Shown one piece after another: positions 45,482 through 54,893 of a stretch of 64,000 bases of DNA. Position numbers and translations under genes: made by a program. The notes beneath the pieces are model-generated. The model worked only from the letters and a program-made list of their open reading frames with translations. It was not told the DNA's origin and searched no databases. The stretch comes from an uncultured Clostridia bacterium. Lineage in GTDB: Bacteria > Bacillota > Clostridia > RUG12999. Positions within the stretch are counted from its first letter, which is position 1, and each line of letters begins with the position of its first letter. The stretch spans positions 2,436 through 66,435 of the forward strand of contig CAMNSU010000005.1 in the NCBI GenBank assembly GCA_946555455.1, in the 5' to 3' direction.

Positions 45482-46480
45482 TTAAAACACCGTCCATGCT
45501 TTGGGCACAAAAATTTCCTCAAATTTATGCACCGCATAGCTGTCCGACATGCCTGCGATATAATCACATACCACGCGGCTGATACCAAAGCGCTCAATTT
45601 GCTTTTGTTCATCCTCCGGTAATTTTTCGCGGTGTGCGCAAAAATAGGTATATAGCGTTTCCACAATATGTTCCGCTTTGCCTTCTTCCATTTTTGCAAT
45701 GGAACCGATATAAACTGTGTTGCGCATGTAATTGCGCAGTGCATAAACAGCGTCCGCCACCTCCGGCGTCATAGCAACCTTTCCATTTACAAATCCGGTG
45801 TGAATCACATCTTTCACCAGCGTATCAATGCGGTCGCTGCACGACTGTCCCAACACTTTGCGGCAATGCGCAGGAATATCCTGCTCTTTAAGAATACCGG
45901 CGCGCAGCGCGTCGTCGATATCATGGTTGATATAGGCGAATTTATCGGAAAAACGCACCACCTGTCCCTCCATGGTCATGGGCAGGTCTTTAGAACGGTG
46001 GTTGAGTATTCCATCTTTGACTTCATAGCACAAATTCAGCCCTTTTCCGTTTTCCGTTTCTACCACGCGAATGCTCTGCCGGTTGTGTTCAAAACCGCCT
46101 TCATGCACACGGCCGAGCGCCCGCTCTCCCGCATGTCCAAACGGCGTATGTCCCAAATCATGTCCCAATGCAATGGCCTCCGTCAAATCCTCATTCAGCC
46201 GCAAACCGCGCGCAATGCTGCGGGCAATCTGCGACACCTCCAGCGTATGCGTCAAACGCGTCCGGTAATGGTCGCCCTCCGGCGTGATGAACACCTGCGT
46301 TTTATGTTTCAGGCGGCGGAACGCTTTGGAATGCAGGATTCTGTCCCTGTCCCTCTGAAACGGCGTACGGACTTCACATTCCGCTTCCTGCCGCTGACGC
46401 CCACGCGTGTTTTCCGAAAGCATCGCTTCACTGCAAAGCGTCAGCCGTTCTATTTCCTGTGTCCGCTGTCGAATTGTCAT
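45482..46480 (-). CDS. dgt: dGTP triphosphohydrolase-like HD-domain protein
   Basis: The HD motif HDLGHTPFGHAGE is present. The start at 46480 (MTIRQRTQEIERL..) aligns with FQRDRDRILHS near the canonical N-terminus. The track ORF extends to 46630. Confidence 0.85.
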   Translation of the reverse strand: MTIRQRTQEIERLTLCSEAMLSENTRGRQRQEAECEVRTPFQRDRDRILHSKAFRRLKHKTQVFITPEGDHYRTRLTHTLEVSQIARSIARGLRLNEDLTEAIALGHDLGHTPFGHAGERALGRVHEGGFEHNRQSIRVVETENGKGLNLCYEVKDGILNHRSKDLPMTMEGQVVRFSDKFAYINHDIDDALRAGILKEQDIPAHCRKVLGQSCSDRIDTLVKDVIHTGFVNGKVAMTPEVADAVYALRNYMRNTVYIGSIAKMEEGKAEHIVETLYTYFCAHREKLPEDEQKQIERFGISRVVCDYIAGMSDSYAVHKFEEIFVPKAWTVF

Positions 46481-46667
46481 TGTTCTTTCACTCTTTTCCA
46501 CACATTTCCGCCCTAATTTAAGGATTCGGCATATTGCAGTTCTCTGCAAAACAGCCCCCTGTTTTATCATATACGACATACAAAGCTGAAAATCCTCTTT
46601 TTTGCGGCAAAAAAACAAAGCTACGCACATATTTTTGTACGCAGCCTTCTGTTTTCATTTTATCTTA

Positions 46668-48989
46668 TTATGCTTCTTCGCCGTCTTCCGCCGGTGTTTC
46701 TTCTGCCGGAACATCAGCCGGTTCCTCTGCAACCGTTTCTTCTGCCGGCGCTTCTTCTACGGTTTCTTCCGCAACCGGTTCCGCTGTTTCAGCAGCTTCT
46801 TCCGGCATTGCAGCAGTTTCTCCATCCTCCAACAGTGCGCGGATACTCAAAGATACTTTTCCGGTTTCTTCTTTGATTTCAATAATCTTTGCTTCCACTT
46901 CCTGCCCGATGCTGAGCGCTTCTGCAACGTTTGCGATACGGCGGTTTGCAATCTGAGAAATGTGAATCAATCCGTCCACACCTTCCAGAATTTCTGCAAA
47001 TGCGCCAAAGGACACCATTCTAACGACTTTACAAGTCACAACATCGCCTTCACTGTATTTGCTCTTGAAGATTTCCCACGGATTGTCCTCTACGCGTTTA
47101 TAGCCCAGAGACAGTTTCTGTTTTTCCACATCAATGTCCTTGATATTGCATTCAATCACTTGTCCTTCGCTTAAAATTTCAGACGGATGATTGATGCGTT
47201 TCCAGGACAGTTCGGAAATGTGAATCAGTCCGTCCACACCGTCAATGTCAACAAATGCACCGAACGGCACCAGACGTACGACAGTTCCGTTTACAATGTC
47301 GCCAACTTTATGGTTGGATTCAAAGTTCAGCCACGGATTGTCTTCGTCTTTTCTGTGACCCAGAGAAATTTTACGATTTTCTTCATCCAGCGCTTTAATG
47401 AACACGTCGATTTCGTCACCGACTTTCACCACTTCGGACGGATGATGGATTTTCTTCCAAGACATTTCAGATACATGCAGCAGACCGTCTACGCCGCCGA
47501 TATCCACAAATGCACCGAAATCTGTGATGGATTTCACGGTACCGTGATATTCTTTGCCAACTGCCGCGTCAGCCCAAAACGCATCCTGTTTCTTCTGGGA
47601 TTCTTCTTTCAGAACGCTCTTAATGGAACCGACTACACGGTGGCGGCGTTCGTTGATGTCAATAATGCGGAACGGAAATTCCTGTCCTTTCAATTCTGAC
47701 AAATCAGCCATATAGCGTTCGCTTGCCTGAGATGCCGGAATGAAAATACGCATACCTTCCGCAAAGACAGATACGCCTTTTTCCATCACTTCCACAACGC
47801 GGCCGGTTAAAATTTCATTGTTTTCCTGCGCCGCTACGATTTTTTCCCAGTTCTTTTTCTGTTCTACTTTCTTTTTGGAGAGCAGAACTTGTCCCTCCAT
47901 GTCATTGACACGAACAACAAATACTTCGATGTCTTCGCCAACTTTTACAAGGCTAGCCGGATCCGCTGTCGGGTCGTCCGACAGTTCGGACAGCGGGATA
48001 ATGCCGTCGGATTTAAAGCCGAGGTCAACCAATACTTCAGTGGGGCGAATTTCCATTACCGTACCGCGTACCGTCTCTCCTGTATTTAAAGTTTTCAAGG
48101 ATTCTTCAAAAAGCTGAGCGAACTCATTTCCCTGCTCTGCAACGTTTTTGATGTTTTCCTCCATAGTGTGAATAACCTCCTTTATTATATGGCCCGGCGT
48201 TGAAGCGCCTGCCGTGATACCAATGTTGCCGCTGCACCCGCAGCCTTGTTCCAATTCCGCCGCGCTCTCAATCATGCGCGTATTGGCGCAATATGCGCTG
48301 CACACTTCATATAGCTTACGCGTGTTGGAACTTTTTTTGCCGCCTATGACAATCATTTCCTCCACTTGTTTTGCGAGTTCCGCCGCCGCCTGCTGCCGCT
48401 GGGCAGTGGCGCTGCAAATGGTGTTGCACACCACCACGTCACTGTTTAGCTCTCTTAGCCGCCGCACTGCACCGTCAAACACTGCCTGTTTGATGGTCGT
48501 CTGCGCAACCACGCAAATCTTTCTGTCATAGGTTTTCGCCTCTGTTTCATCTCCGATTACTGCGCTGTTTCCGTCGCACCAGCCACAGATTCCACGCACC
48601 TCCGGATGAAGCCTATCTCCTATTATAACAATTTTATACCCCTTTTGGCAATACTTTTCTGCAATATTGTGAATTTTTTTTACAAATGGACAAGTTAAAT
48701 CTACCACACCACCGAAATTTTGCCGCAGAATTTCTTCCTCTCTGCGCCCGATTCCATGCGCTCTGATGATGATTTTTTCGGTATGTTTTTCCCCAATTTC
48801 CTCCAGCGGAATAATGCCGCGCGCCCGAAGGCGGTTGATTTCCTGCGGATTGTGAATCAATTCCCCATAGGTATAAATTTTGCCGCAGCGTTCCGCTTCC
48901 TGTTCGGCAAGTTCCACCGCCCGCCGGACGCCAAAACAAAATCCACAGCAATCCGCCACTTTGATATTACTTTGCAAGACTGCCGTCAC
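46668..48989 (-). CDS. ispH-rpsA: Bifunctional IspH (4-hydroxy-3-methylbut-2-enyl diphosphate reductase) / ribosomal protein S1 fusion
   Basis: The N-terminal ~280 aa are LytB/IspH-like (..CCGFCFGVRRAV..). Four S1 domains follow. The C-terminus is an acidic E/A/P tail. This fusion is the known arrangement in Clostridia. Confidence 0.85.
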   Translation of the reverse strand: MTAVLQSNIKVADCCGFCFGVRRAVELAEQEAERCGKIYTYGELIHNPQEINRLRARGIIPLEEIGEKHTEKIIIRAHGIGRREEEILRQNFGGVVDLTCPFVKKIHNIAEKYCQKGYKIVIIGDRLHPEVRGICGWCDGNSAVIGDETEAKTYDRKICVVAQTTIKQAVFDGAVRRLRELNSDVVVCNTICSATAQRQQAAAELAKQVEEMIVIGGKKSSNTRKLYEVCSAYCANTRMIESAAELEQGCGCSGNIGITAGASTPGHIIKEVIHTMEENIKNVAEQGNEFAQLFEESLKTLNTGETVRGTVMEIRPTEVLVDLGFKSDGIIPLSELSDDPTADPASLVKVGEDIEVFVVRVNDMEGQVLLSKKKVEQKKNWEKIVAAQENNEILTGRVVEVMEKGVSVFAEGMRIFIPASQASERYMADLSELKGQEFPFRIIDINERRHRVVGSIKSVLKEESQKKQDAFWADAAVGKEYHGTVKSITDFGAFVDIGGVDGLLHVSEMSWKKIHHPSEVVKVGDEIDVFIKALDEENRKISLGHRKDEDNPWLNFESNHKVGDIVNGTVVRLVPFGAFVDIDGVDGLIHISELSWKRINHPSEILSEGQVIECNIKDIDVEKQKLSLGYKRVEDNPWEIFKSKYSEGDVVTCKVVRMVSFGAFAEILEGVDGLIHISQIANRRIANVAEALSIGQEVEAKIIEIKEETGKVSLSIRALLEDGETAAMPEEAAETAEPVAEETVEEAPAEETVAEEPADVPAEETPAEDGEEA

Positions 48990-49584
48990 CTTCCATCAAC
49001 GCCGCCATACGCTCATAGAGCAAATGCCGCAGCGTCTCCATTTTATCGGTTACCGTCTCATCTTCCGTGATGCGGCGCACTTCTTCCTGCGTGATACATT
49101 TTCCGATTTTCACTTTCATGCGTGAAAACGGACGGTATTTGCCGCAAATCGCAACCGGCACAATCGGTACATTGCTGCGCTGTGCAATCACAAGCGCGCC
49201 CGGTTTCACCTCTTTTTCCCGCAGCGTCTTGCGCCGCGTTCCCTGCGGGAACATCAGTAAATTTTCACCGCCGCGCAAAATGCGAATACAGGTTTTCACC
49301 GCGCTCACATCTGCGCCGCCGCGTGTGATGGGCGTTGCACCCAAATGACGAATCAGCCACGCAAAAGGCTTGTTGTGAAACAACTCCTCTTTTGCCAAAA
49401 ACCGAAGTTTCCGCGGCACCATCACCGCCACAGTCGGCGGATCCAGATTGCTCAAATGGTTGCTGCAAAACAGCATACCGTCGCCTTCCGGCAAATTTTC
49501 TTTTCCTTCCAGACGAATCCAGAATATCAATTTATATAACGCCCATACAATGGCTCTGATAATCATATAGATTGTTTTATTCAA
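48967..49584 (-). CDS. plsC: 1-acyl-sn-glycerol-3-phosphate acyltransferase
   Basis: The HX4D motif reads FCSNHLSNLDPP. 205 aa. Confidence 0.85.
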   Translation of the reverse strand: MNKTIYMIIRAIVWALYKLIFWIRLEGKENLPEGDGMLFCSNHLSNLDPPTVAVMVPRKLRFLAKEELFHNKPFAWLIRHLGATPITRGGADVSAVKTCIRILRGGENLLMFPQGTRRKTLREKEVKPGALVIAQRSNVPIVPVAICGKYRPFSRMKVKIGKCITQEEVRRITEDETVTDKMETLRHLLYERMAALMEGDGSLAK

Positions 49585-49605
49585 GCCAACACATCCTTAT
49601 GCGGT

Positions 49606-50280
49606 CTATTCGCCGCCCAATTTTTGGCTGACTGTCTCCAGCAGCGCTGCACATGCCTGCTGCAAACTTAGTCCCGTTGTGTCCAGTTCCACAGCGTCCT
49701 CTGCCTTTTTCAGCGGCGCAAACGCGCGGCTGCTGTCGTTTTTATCCCGTTTTATAATATCTTGTAAAACCTCGTCATAGGTGGTGGAAACACCTTTTTC
49801 CAAATGTTCCTGATAACGCCGCTGCGCACGTTCCTGCGGACTGGCAGTCAGAAAAATTTTCACACTGCTCTCCGGCAGAACATAAGTCCCAATATCCCGA
49901 CCGTCCATCACCACATTCTGCTGCCGCGCAATCTCCCGCTGTAATTCCACCAATTTCAATCGAACTGCCGGAATCTTGGAGACGTCGGACGCCGCCATGG
50001 AAACCTCCGGCGTACGGATTTTTTCGCTGACGTCTGTTCCGCAGACGGATACACGCTGTACGCCTGCGCCGTCATGGGTGATATTCATTTCTATTTCAGG
50101 CAGGAGCCGTTTCACGCCTTCTTCATCTTTCGGGTCTGTGCCGTGCGACAACGCCCACCAGCCTACCGCCCGGTACATTGCCCCTGTATCAATATATATA
50201 AACCGGTATTTTTCTGCCAGATACTTTGCAAGGGTGCTTTTCCCTGCTCCCGACGGTCCGTCAATTGCAACGCTTATCAA
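49606..50280 (-). CDS. cmk: Cytidylate kinase
   Basis: The P-loop region reads MISVAIDGPSGAGKSTLAKYLAEKYRFIYIDTGAMYRAV. Confidence 0.93.
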   Translation of the reverse strand: MISVAIDGPSGAGKSTLAKYLAEKYRFIYIDTGAMYRAVGWWALSHGTDPKDEEGVKRLLPEIEMNITHDGAGVQRVSVCGTDVSEKIRTPEVSMAASDVSKIPAVRLKLVELQREIARQQNVVMDGRDIGTYVLPESSVKIFLTASPQERAQRRYQEHLEKGVSTTYDEVLQDIIKRDKNDSSRAFAPLKKAEDAVELDTTGLSLQQACAALLETVSQKLGGE

Positions 50281-50304
50281 TCTTCCGGTCCTCGCTTTCC
50301 TAAA

Positions 50305-50718
50305 TTATATCACGCGGTGCCCCAATCCGATTGCCACCTCGTTGAGATGCAAAAGTCCAATGGTGCAAAACACACAGGCACAAATATTATCCTGATATCG
50401 CGCCACAGCGACCTTGCCGCCAATGTTCATACCAACCGCCTTGGCGGTGATTTGCGAAATCGCTTCCCGCGCCGCGCCGGCAACCGCGCCTTCCTCTGCA
50501 TGGGTCTGCCCAATCATGCCGCAGCGTTTCGCTCCCGATACAGCCCGTTCCACAATTTTGATAATGGAATGCTCGAACTCGCCGCCGTAGTCCATTGCCA
50601 CCGCGCAAATTCCCTGCCCGGAGAGCTGTTCCATATGCGTTTTTTCTTCTTCGTGCGTCAGCGTCAGCGCAAGTGAAATCGCCGCAGACGCCGCTTTTTT
50701 GCTGCCATATTCATCCAT
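50305..50718 (-). CDS. HutP-family (histidine-utilisation antiterminator-like) RNA-binding protein
   Basis: From memory, it aligns along its length with B. subtilis HutP. The C-terminus CTIGLLHLNEVAIGLGHRVI matches YGTIGAPIKGLEHETFGVGINHI. The start is uncertain: the track ORF begins at 50826, and the alternative ATGs are at 50760 and 50718. Confidence 0.55.
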   Translation of the reverse strand: MDEYGSKKAASAAISLALTLTHEEEKTHMEQLSGQGICAVAMDYGGEFEHSIIKIVERAVSGAKRCGMIGQTHAEEGAVAGAAREAISQITAKAVGMNIGGKVAVARYQDNICACVFCTIGLLHLNEVAIGLGHRVI

Positions 50719-50877
50719 ATTTTCAGACCCTCTGCTTTTGCCATTCATACTATTTTTCATTTGCGTCACGCGCACATATAAATGTATTATATAATTTTTT
50801 GACAAAAAATACAAGAGTATTTTCAAAAAAATTTAAAAAACTGTGAACTTTTTCATCTTCTATTTTTGCCTTCGGTG

Positions 50878-50906
50878 TTGTAATCTTGCTAAAAAAATGT
50901 TATAAT
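50878..50906 (+). promoter_or_regulatory. Sigma-A promoter with extended -10 for the MATE pump operon
   Basis: TTGTAA (50878-83), a 17-nt spacer, then TGtTATAAT (50898-50906). The leader contains a direct repeat TTATAATGAA...TTATAATGAA and a GGCUGUGC/GCGCAGCC hairpin. Confidence 0.6.
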
Positions 50907-51008
50907 GAAGGGACTTGGCAATTTACTGCCATATTATAATGAAAAAACACGGCTGTGCAGATTTCGTTTCGCGCAGCCTGAAATACTACATATATCGGAG
51001 TTGGAACT

Positions 51009-52400
51009 ATGGCATCCTTGAAGCACTATTTACGGCCAAATCCGGCGTTTGTGAAGCAGCTTACGTTTTTAGCGCTTCCCATTGCGCTGCAATATCTCAT
51101 CATTTCTCTGCTCAACATATTAGACGTTGTTTTGATTGAAGGGCTTGGCGACAACGCCATTGCGGCAGTCTCTCTCGCCAATCAAGTCAATTTTGTAACG
51201 ACCATGCTGGGCTTTGGCGTTTCCAGCGCGGCGGGCGCGTTTATTTCACAATATATTGGCGCGGGCAGCAGCAAAGGGGTACGTAAAACAACTGCGTTGT
51301 CATTTTTAACCATTGGCAGCGCTGCCGTTTTGGTTGCCGCCGTCACGCTGTCCTTTCCCAAAATGATGATGCATATTTTCACCTCGGACGAAACGCTAGT
51401 GCAGCTTGGCAGCCGGTATCTGCCCATTGTTGCACCCACCTATCTGATGACGGGCGTCACAACGCTGTTGTCCACACTTTTGCGCTGCACAGGGCGTCCC
51501 AAACTGCCGCTTGTCGCCAGTCTGGTGGCGCTTTCCTGCAACAGTTTGCTCAACTACTTGCTGATTTACGGCATTGGTATTTTCCCGCGGCTGGAAATCG
51601 CCGGCGCGGCAGTGGCAACGCTGATTTCCCGCTGCATTGAAATTATGATGATTCTTCTGTTTGTCTACCGTGTCTGCGAAAAACAATACCGCCCGCATCT
51701 GCGTGATGTGAGAGCGCTAGACCGCGTTTTCGCAGGACATTTTTACCGTAAGGCGGTGCCGGTCATTTTGAATGAAACCGTTTGGGGCGTTGGCATGGCG
51801 GGCTACAACATGATATATGGACGCATGGGCGCGGCGGTTGTCGCAGCGGTCAACATAGCGTCCACACTGGAACAGCTTTTCACTGTGGCATTTCAGGGTC
51901 TTTCCAATGCAACGCTGGTCATTCTGGGGCGTGAACTGGGCGCAGGAAGTTTCAGCCGCGCCAAACTGCACGCGCGTCAAATTTGTCTTTGGATTTGGAT
52001 TATCGGCGCGCTGGTAGGGCTTGGTATGTGGTCGCTTTCCGGTATCTTTGTCGGCACTTTGTTCCGCAACGTAACGCCGGAAACCGCGGCGCTGGCGCGC
52101 TACGTCATCACAGTTTTAGCCATTTATGCGCCGTTTAAGGCATTTAACTTTGTTAATATTGTGGGTGTGCTGCGCAGCGGCGGCGACACGTTCTTCGGCT
52201 TTATGCTGGATACCACTTCCATCTATTGTGTTGGACTGCCGCTGTGCTTTCTGTTTGGCATTGTGCTGAAACTGCCGCTCTACGTGGTATCGCCCTGTGT
52301 CTATTTGGAGGAAGCGCTCAAAAGTATTTTCGGACTGCGCCGCATGTTGACAGACCGCTGGGCGCGTAAATTTGTGAAGGAGGGAGCTTATGCTGATTAA
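51009..52400 (+). CDS. MATE-family multidrug/metabolite efflux transporter
   Basis: 463 aa, 12 TM. The signature reads ..LPIALQYLIISLLNILDVVLIEGLGDNAIAAVSLANQV.. Confidence 0.88.
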   Translation: MASLKHYLRPNPAFVKQLTFLALPIALQYLIISLLNILDVVLIEGLGDNAIAAVSLANQVNFVTTMLGFGVSSAAGAFISQYIGAGSSKGVRKTTALSFLTIGSAAVLVAAVTLSFPKMMMHIFTSDETLVQLGSRYLPIVAPTYLMTGVTTLLSTLLRCTGRPKLPLVASLVALSCNSLLNYLLIYGIGIFPRLEIAGAAVATLISRCIEIMMILLFVYRVCEKQYRPHLRDVRALDRVFAGHFYRKAVPVILNETVWGVGMAGYNMIYGRMGAAVVAAVNIASTLEQLFTVAFQGLSNATLVILGRELGAGSFSRAKLHARQICLWIWIIGALVGLGMWSLSGIFVGTLFRNVTPETAALARYVITVLAIYAPFKAFNFVNIVGVLRSGGDTFFGFMLDTTSIYCVGLPLCFLFGIVLKLPLYVVSPCVYLEEALKSIFGLRRMLTDRWARKFVKEGAYAD

Positions 52401-53763
52401 CCGCAGTATTCTTTTGCCGGACCGCATGTTTTTGCGGCAAGCGCTGCATATTGCACTGCCCATGACCGTTCAATATGGTATTGTCTCCCTGCTCAACATT
52501 ATGGATGTTGTTCTGGTGCAGGGATTGGGCGACCAAGCGATTGCCGCCGTCTCCCTCGCCAATCAAGTTAATTTCATCATTTCGCTGGTGGTTTTCGGTA
52601 TCACCAGCGGTGCAACGACGTTCATGGCGCAATATTTCGGACAGGGCAGCGACGAGGGCGTACGCAAATCCATGGCATTGTCGTTTGCGCTTGTGTTTGG
52701 ATTGACCCTTTTCTACAGCGCGGCTGTGATGGCGGCGCCAAGAGCCGCTATGCGCGTTTTTACCAGCGACATGCAGTTGGTGGAGCTGGGCGCGCAATAT
52801 TTACCTGTTGTCGCGCCGACCTATCTGCTTTCCGGTGTGACGCTGACCTATTCGTCCATCATGCGCTGCACAGGGCGCGCCAAACTGCCCATGTTCGCCA
52901 GCATTATTGCGCTCAGTCTCAACACGTTGATGAACTATCTGCTGATTTACGGCGTCGGCGGATTTCCCAAACTGGGTATTATGGGCGCGGCAGTGGCAAC
53001 GCTGCTGTCCCGCGCCATTGAAACCGCAATCATTCTGTTGTTCGACTATGTGCCGCAAAACCGTTTTAAGGTGAAATGGCGGGACTTCCGGCACATTGAT
53101 AAACCGTTTACCATACAGTTTTTTCAAAAAACAACGCCGGTGATTCTCAATGAAACCATCTGGGGCGTTGGCACTGCCGGATACAGCATGATTTTCGGGC
53201 GAATCGGCACCACCGCCGTGGCGGCAATGAATATCGCCTCCACCATGGATCAATTGTTTTCCGTCCTGTTCCGCGGTATGGCAAACGCCGCGCTCGTCAT
53301 GCTGGGCAATGAACTTGGTGCGGGCAAAATCACACGGGCAAAACTGGACGCAGGACGTTTTTGCGTGTGGGGATTCATTTCAGGAATCCTTATCGGCGTT
53401 ATCATGTCGCTGCTGTCCCATCGTTTTGTGCATTTGCTTTTCGGCGGCGTAACGCCGGAAACCGCCACGCTGTCGGTACACATTATCTATATTATCTCCG
53501 CCTATATACCGCTGCGCGCCTTTATGAGCATTGTTATCGTGGGCGTACTCCGCAGCGGCGGCGACACCATGTATGCCTTCATGCTGGACACTTTGCCGAT
53601 TTACCTGATTAGTCTGCCGGCGGGTATTCTTTTCGGTATCATTCTCGGAAAACCGATGGAATTTGTGCTGTCCGTGATGTATTCCTATTGTATCATTCAA
53701 AGTATTTTGGGTATACGCCGGACACTGTCGTACCGTTGGGCGAAAAAAATTGTACATCAATAG
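52390..53763 (+). CDS. MATE-family efflux transporter, tandem paralog
   Basis: 457 aa. It matches the upstream gene along its length (..LPMTVQYGIVSLLNIMDVVLVQGLGDQAIAAVSLANQV..). The start overlaps the upstream stop by 11 nt. Confidence 0.88.
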   Translation: MLINRSILLPDRMFLRQALHIALPMTVQYGIVSLLNIMDVVLVQGLGDQAIAAVSLANQVNFIISLVVFGITSGATTFMAQYFGQGSDEGVRKSMALSFALVFGLTLFYSAAVMAAPRAAMRVFTSDMQLVELGAQYLPVVAPTYLLSGVTLTYSSIMRCTGRAKLPMFASIIALSLNTLMNYLLIYGVGGFPKLGIMGAAVATLLSRAIETAIILLFDYVPQNRFKVKWRDFRHIDKPFTIQFFQKTTPVILNETIWGVGTAGYSMIFGRIGTTAVAAMNIASTMDQLFSVLFRGMANAALVMLGNELGAGKITRAKLDAGRFCVWGFISGILIGVIMSLLSHRFVHLLFGGVTPETATLSVHIIYIISAYIPLRAFMSIVIVGVLRSGGDTMYAFMLDTLPIYLISLPAGILFGIILGKPMEFVLSVMYSYCIIQSILGIRRTLSYRWAKKIVHQ

Positions 53764-53778
53764 AGGGAGGACACCATT

Positions 53779-54663
53779 ATGCGAAAACCACTGCGCCGCG
53801 CCGCGGCGTTATTGCTCGGAAGTTTCCTGCTGCTTAGCGGCTGCACCGTTTCCGACGTATTACAATCCTATCAAATCGACCCGCCGCCGGCGCAAGTACA
53901 GCAGACCGGCAGTGCGTCTGTTCACTACATTGACGTGGGACAGGGCGACGCAACGCTGATTCAAACCGCCGGAAAAAACATTCTGATTGACAGCGGCACC
54001 CGCGCCAGCAGCGACATTTTGTTAAATTATCTAAGGGAGCAGGGCGTGACGGAATTGGAACTTTGCGTGGCAACCCACCCGCACGAAGACCATATCGGCG
54101 GTATGCCTGATGTGATAAACGAATTCACGGTAAAAGAATTGTATATGCCCACCAAAACCACCACCACAAAAATTTTCCAGTCCATGGTGGAAACAGCGCA
54201 GCAGCGCGGCGTCACCATAACGCCGGCGAAAGTAGGCGATACGTTTACGATTGGCGACGCAAGTTTGCAGGTTTTGTTTCCTGACCGTGAATATAAAGAT
54301 TTGAACAACAATTCTGTCACTATCCAGCTGTCACTGGGCGGAAAAACGTTTTTGTTCACAGGTGACAACGAAAAAGAAAGCGAAGCCGCTATTGTGTCGA
54401 ACTTTGGAAATGCGCTGAAAAGCGATGTATTTCAGGCAGGGCATCATGGCTCGGACACCTCCAACACCGCCGGATTTTTGCAATTGGTGTCCCCCTCCAT
54501 CATTGTGATTAGCTGCGGAGAAGGTAACAGTTACGGACATCCGCACGAGAAAGTGCTGGAGCGGTTCAGTCAGCTTGGCGCTGCCGTTTACCGCACCGAC
54601 CTTGACGGCACGATTGTGATTACCATTGATAACGGTACGCTCAGCGTACAAAAGGAGAATTAA
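53779..54663 (+). CDS. MBL-fold metallo-hydrolase lipoprotein (ComEC/Rec2-like beta-lactamase domain)
   Basis: Lipobox LLLSGC. The metal-binding motif is HPHEDHIGG. 294 aa. Confidence 0.8.
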   Translation: MRKPLRRAAALLLGSFLLLSGCTVSDVLQSYQIDPPPAQVQQTGSASVHYIDVGQGDATLIQTAGKNILIDSGTRASSDILLNYLREQGVTELELCVATHPHEDHIGGMPDVINEFTVKELYMPTKTTTTKIFQSMVETAQQRGVTITPAKVGDTFTIGDASLQVLFPDREYKDLNNNSVTIQLSLGGKTFLFTGDNEKESEAAIVSNFGNALKSDVFQAGHHGSDTSNTAGFLQLVSPSIIVISCGEGNSYGHPHEKVLERFSQLGAAVYRTDLDGTIVITIDNGTLSVQKEN

Positions 54664-54667
54664 TACT

Positions 54668-54874
54668 ATGTATATTATTGACCGTTTTGAAGGAGACATT
54701 GCTGTTGTGGAAGCAGACGAAACCATGCTGAACATTCCTCGCGCACAGCTTCCGTCCGAGGCGCAGGAGGGCGACGTGCTGCAAAAAAACGGAGATGTTT
54801 ATGTGGTTGACCATGCCGCAACAGAAAAACGAAAAGAAGAAATCAACCGCCTGATGAAAGGCATTTGGGGATAA
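54668..54874 (+). CDS. DUF3006-like small protein
   Basis: MYIIDRFEGDIAVVEADETMLNIPRAQLPSEAQEGDVLQKNGDVYVVD.. This is the typical partner of the MBL ComEC-like gene. The start was taken at the internal ATG at 54668. Confidence 0.6.
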   Translation: MYIIDRFEGDIAVVEADETMLNIPRAQLPSEAQEGDVLQKNGDVYVVDHAATEKRKEEINRLMKGIWG

Positions 54875-54893
54875 AATAGAAGGAAGTGGTTCT

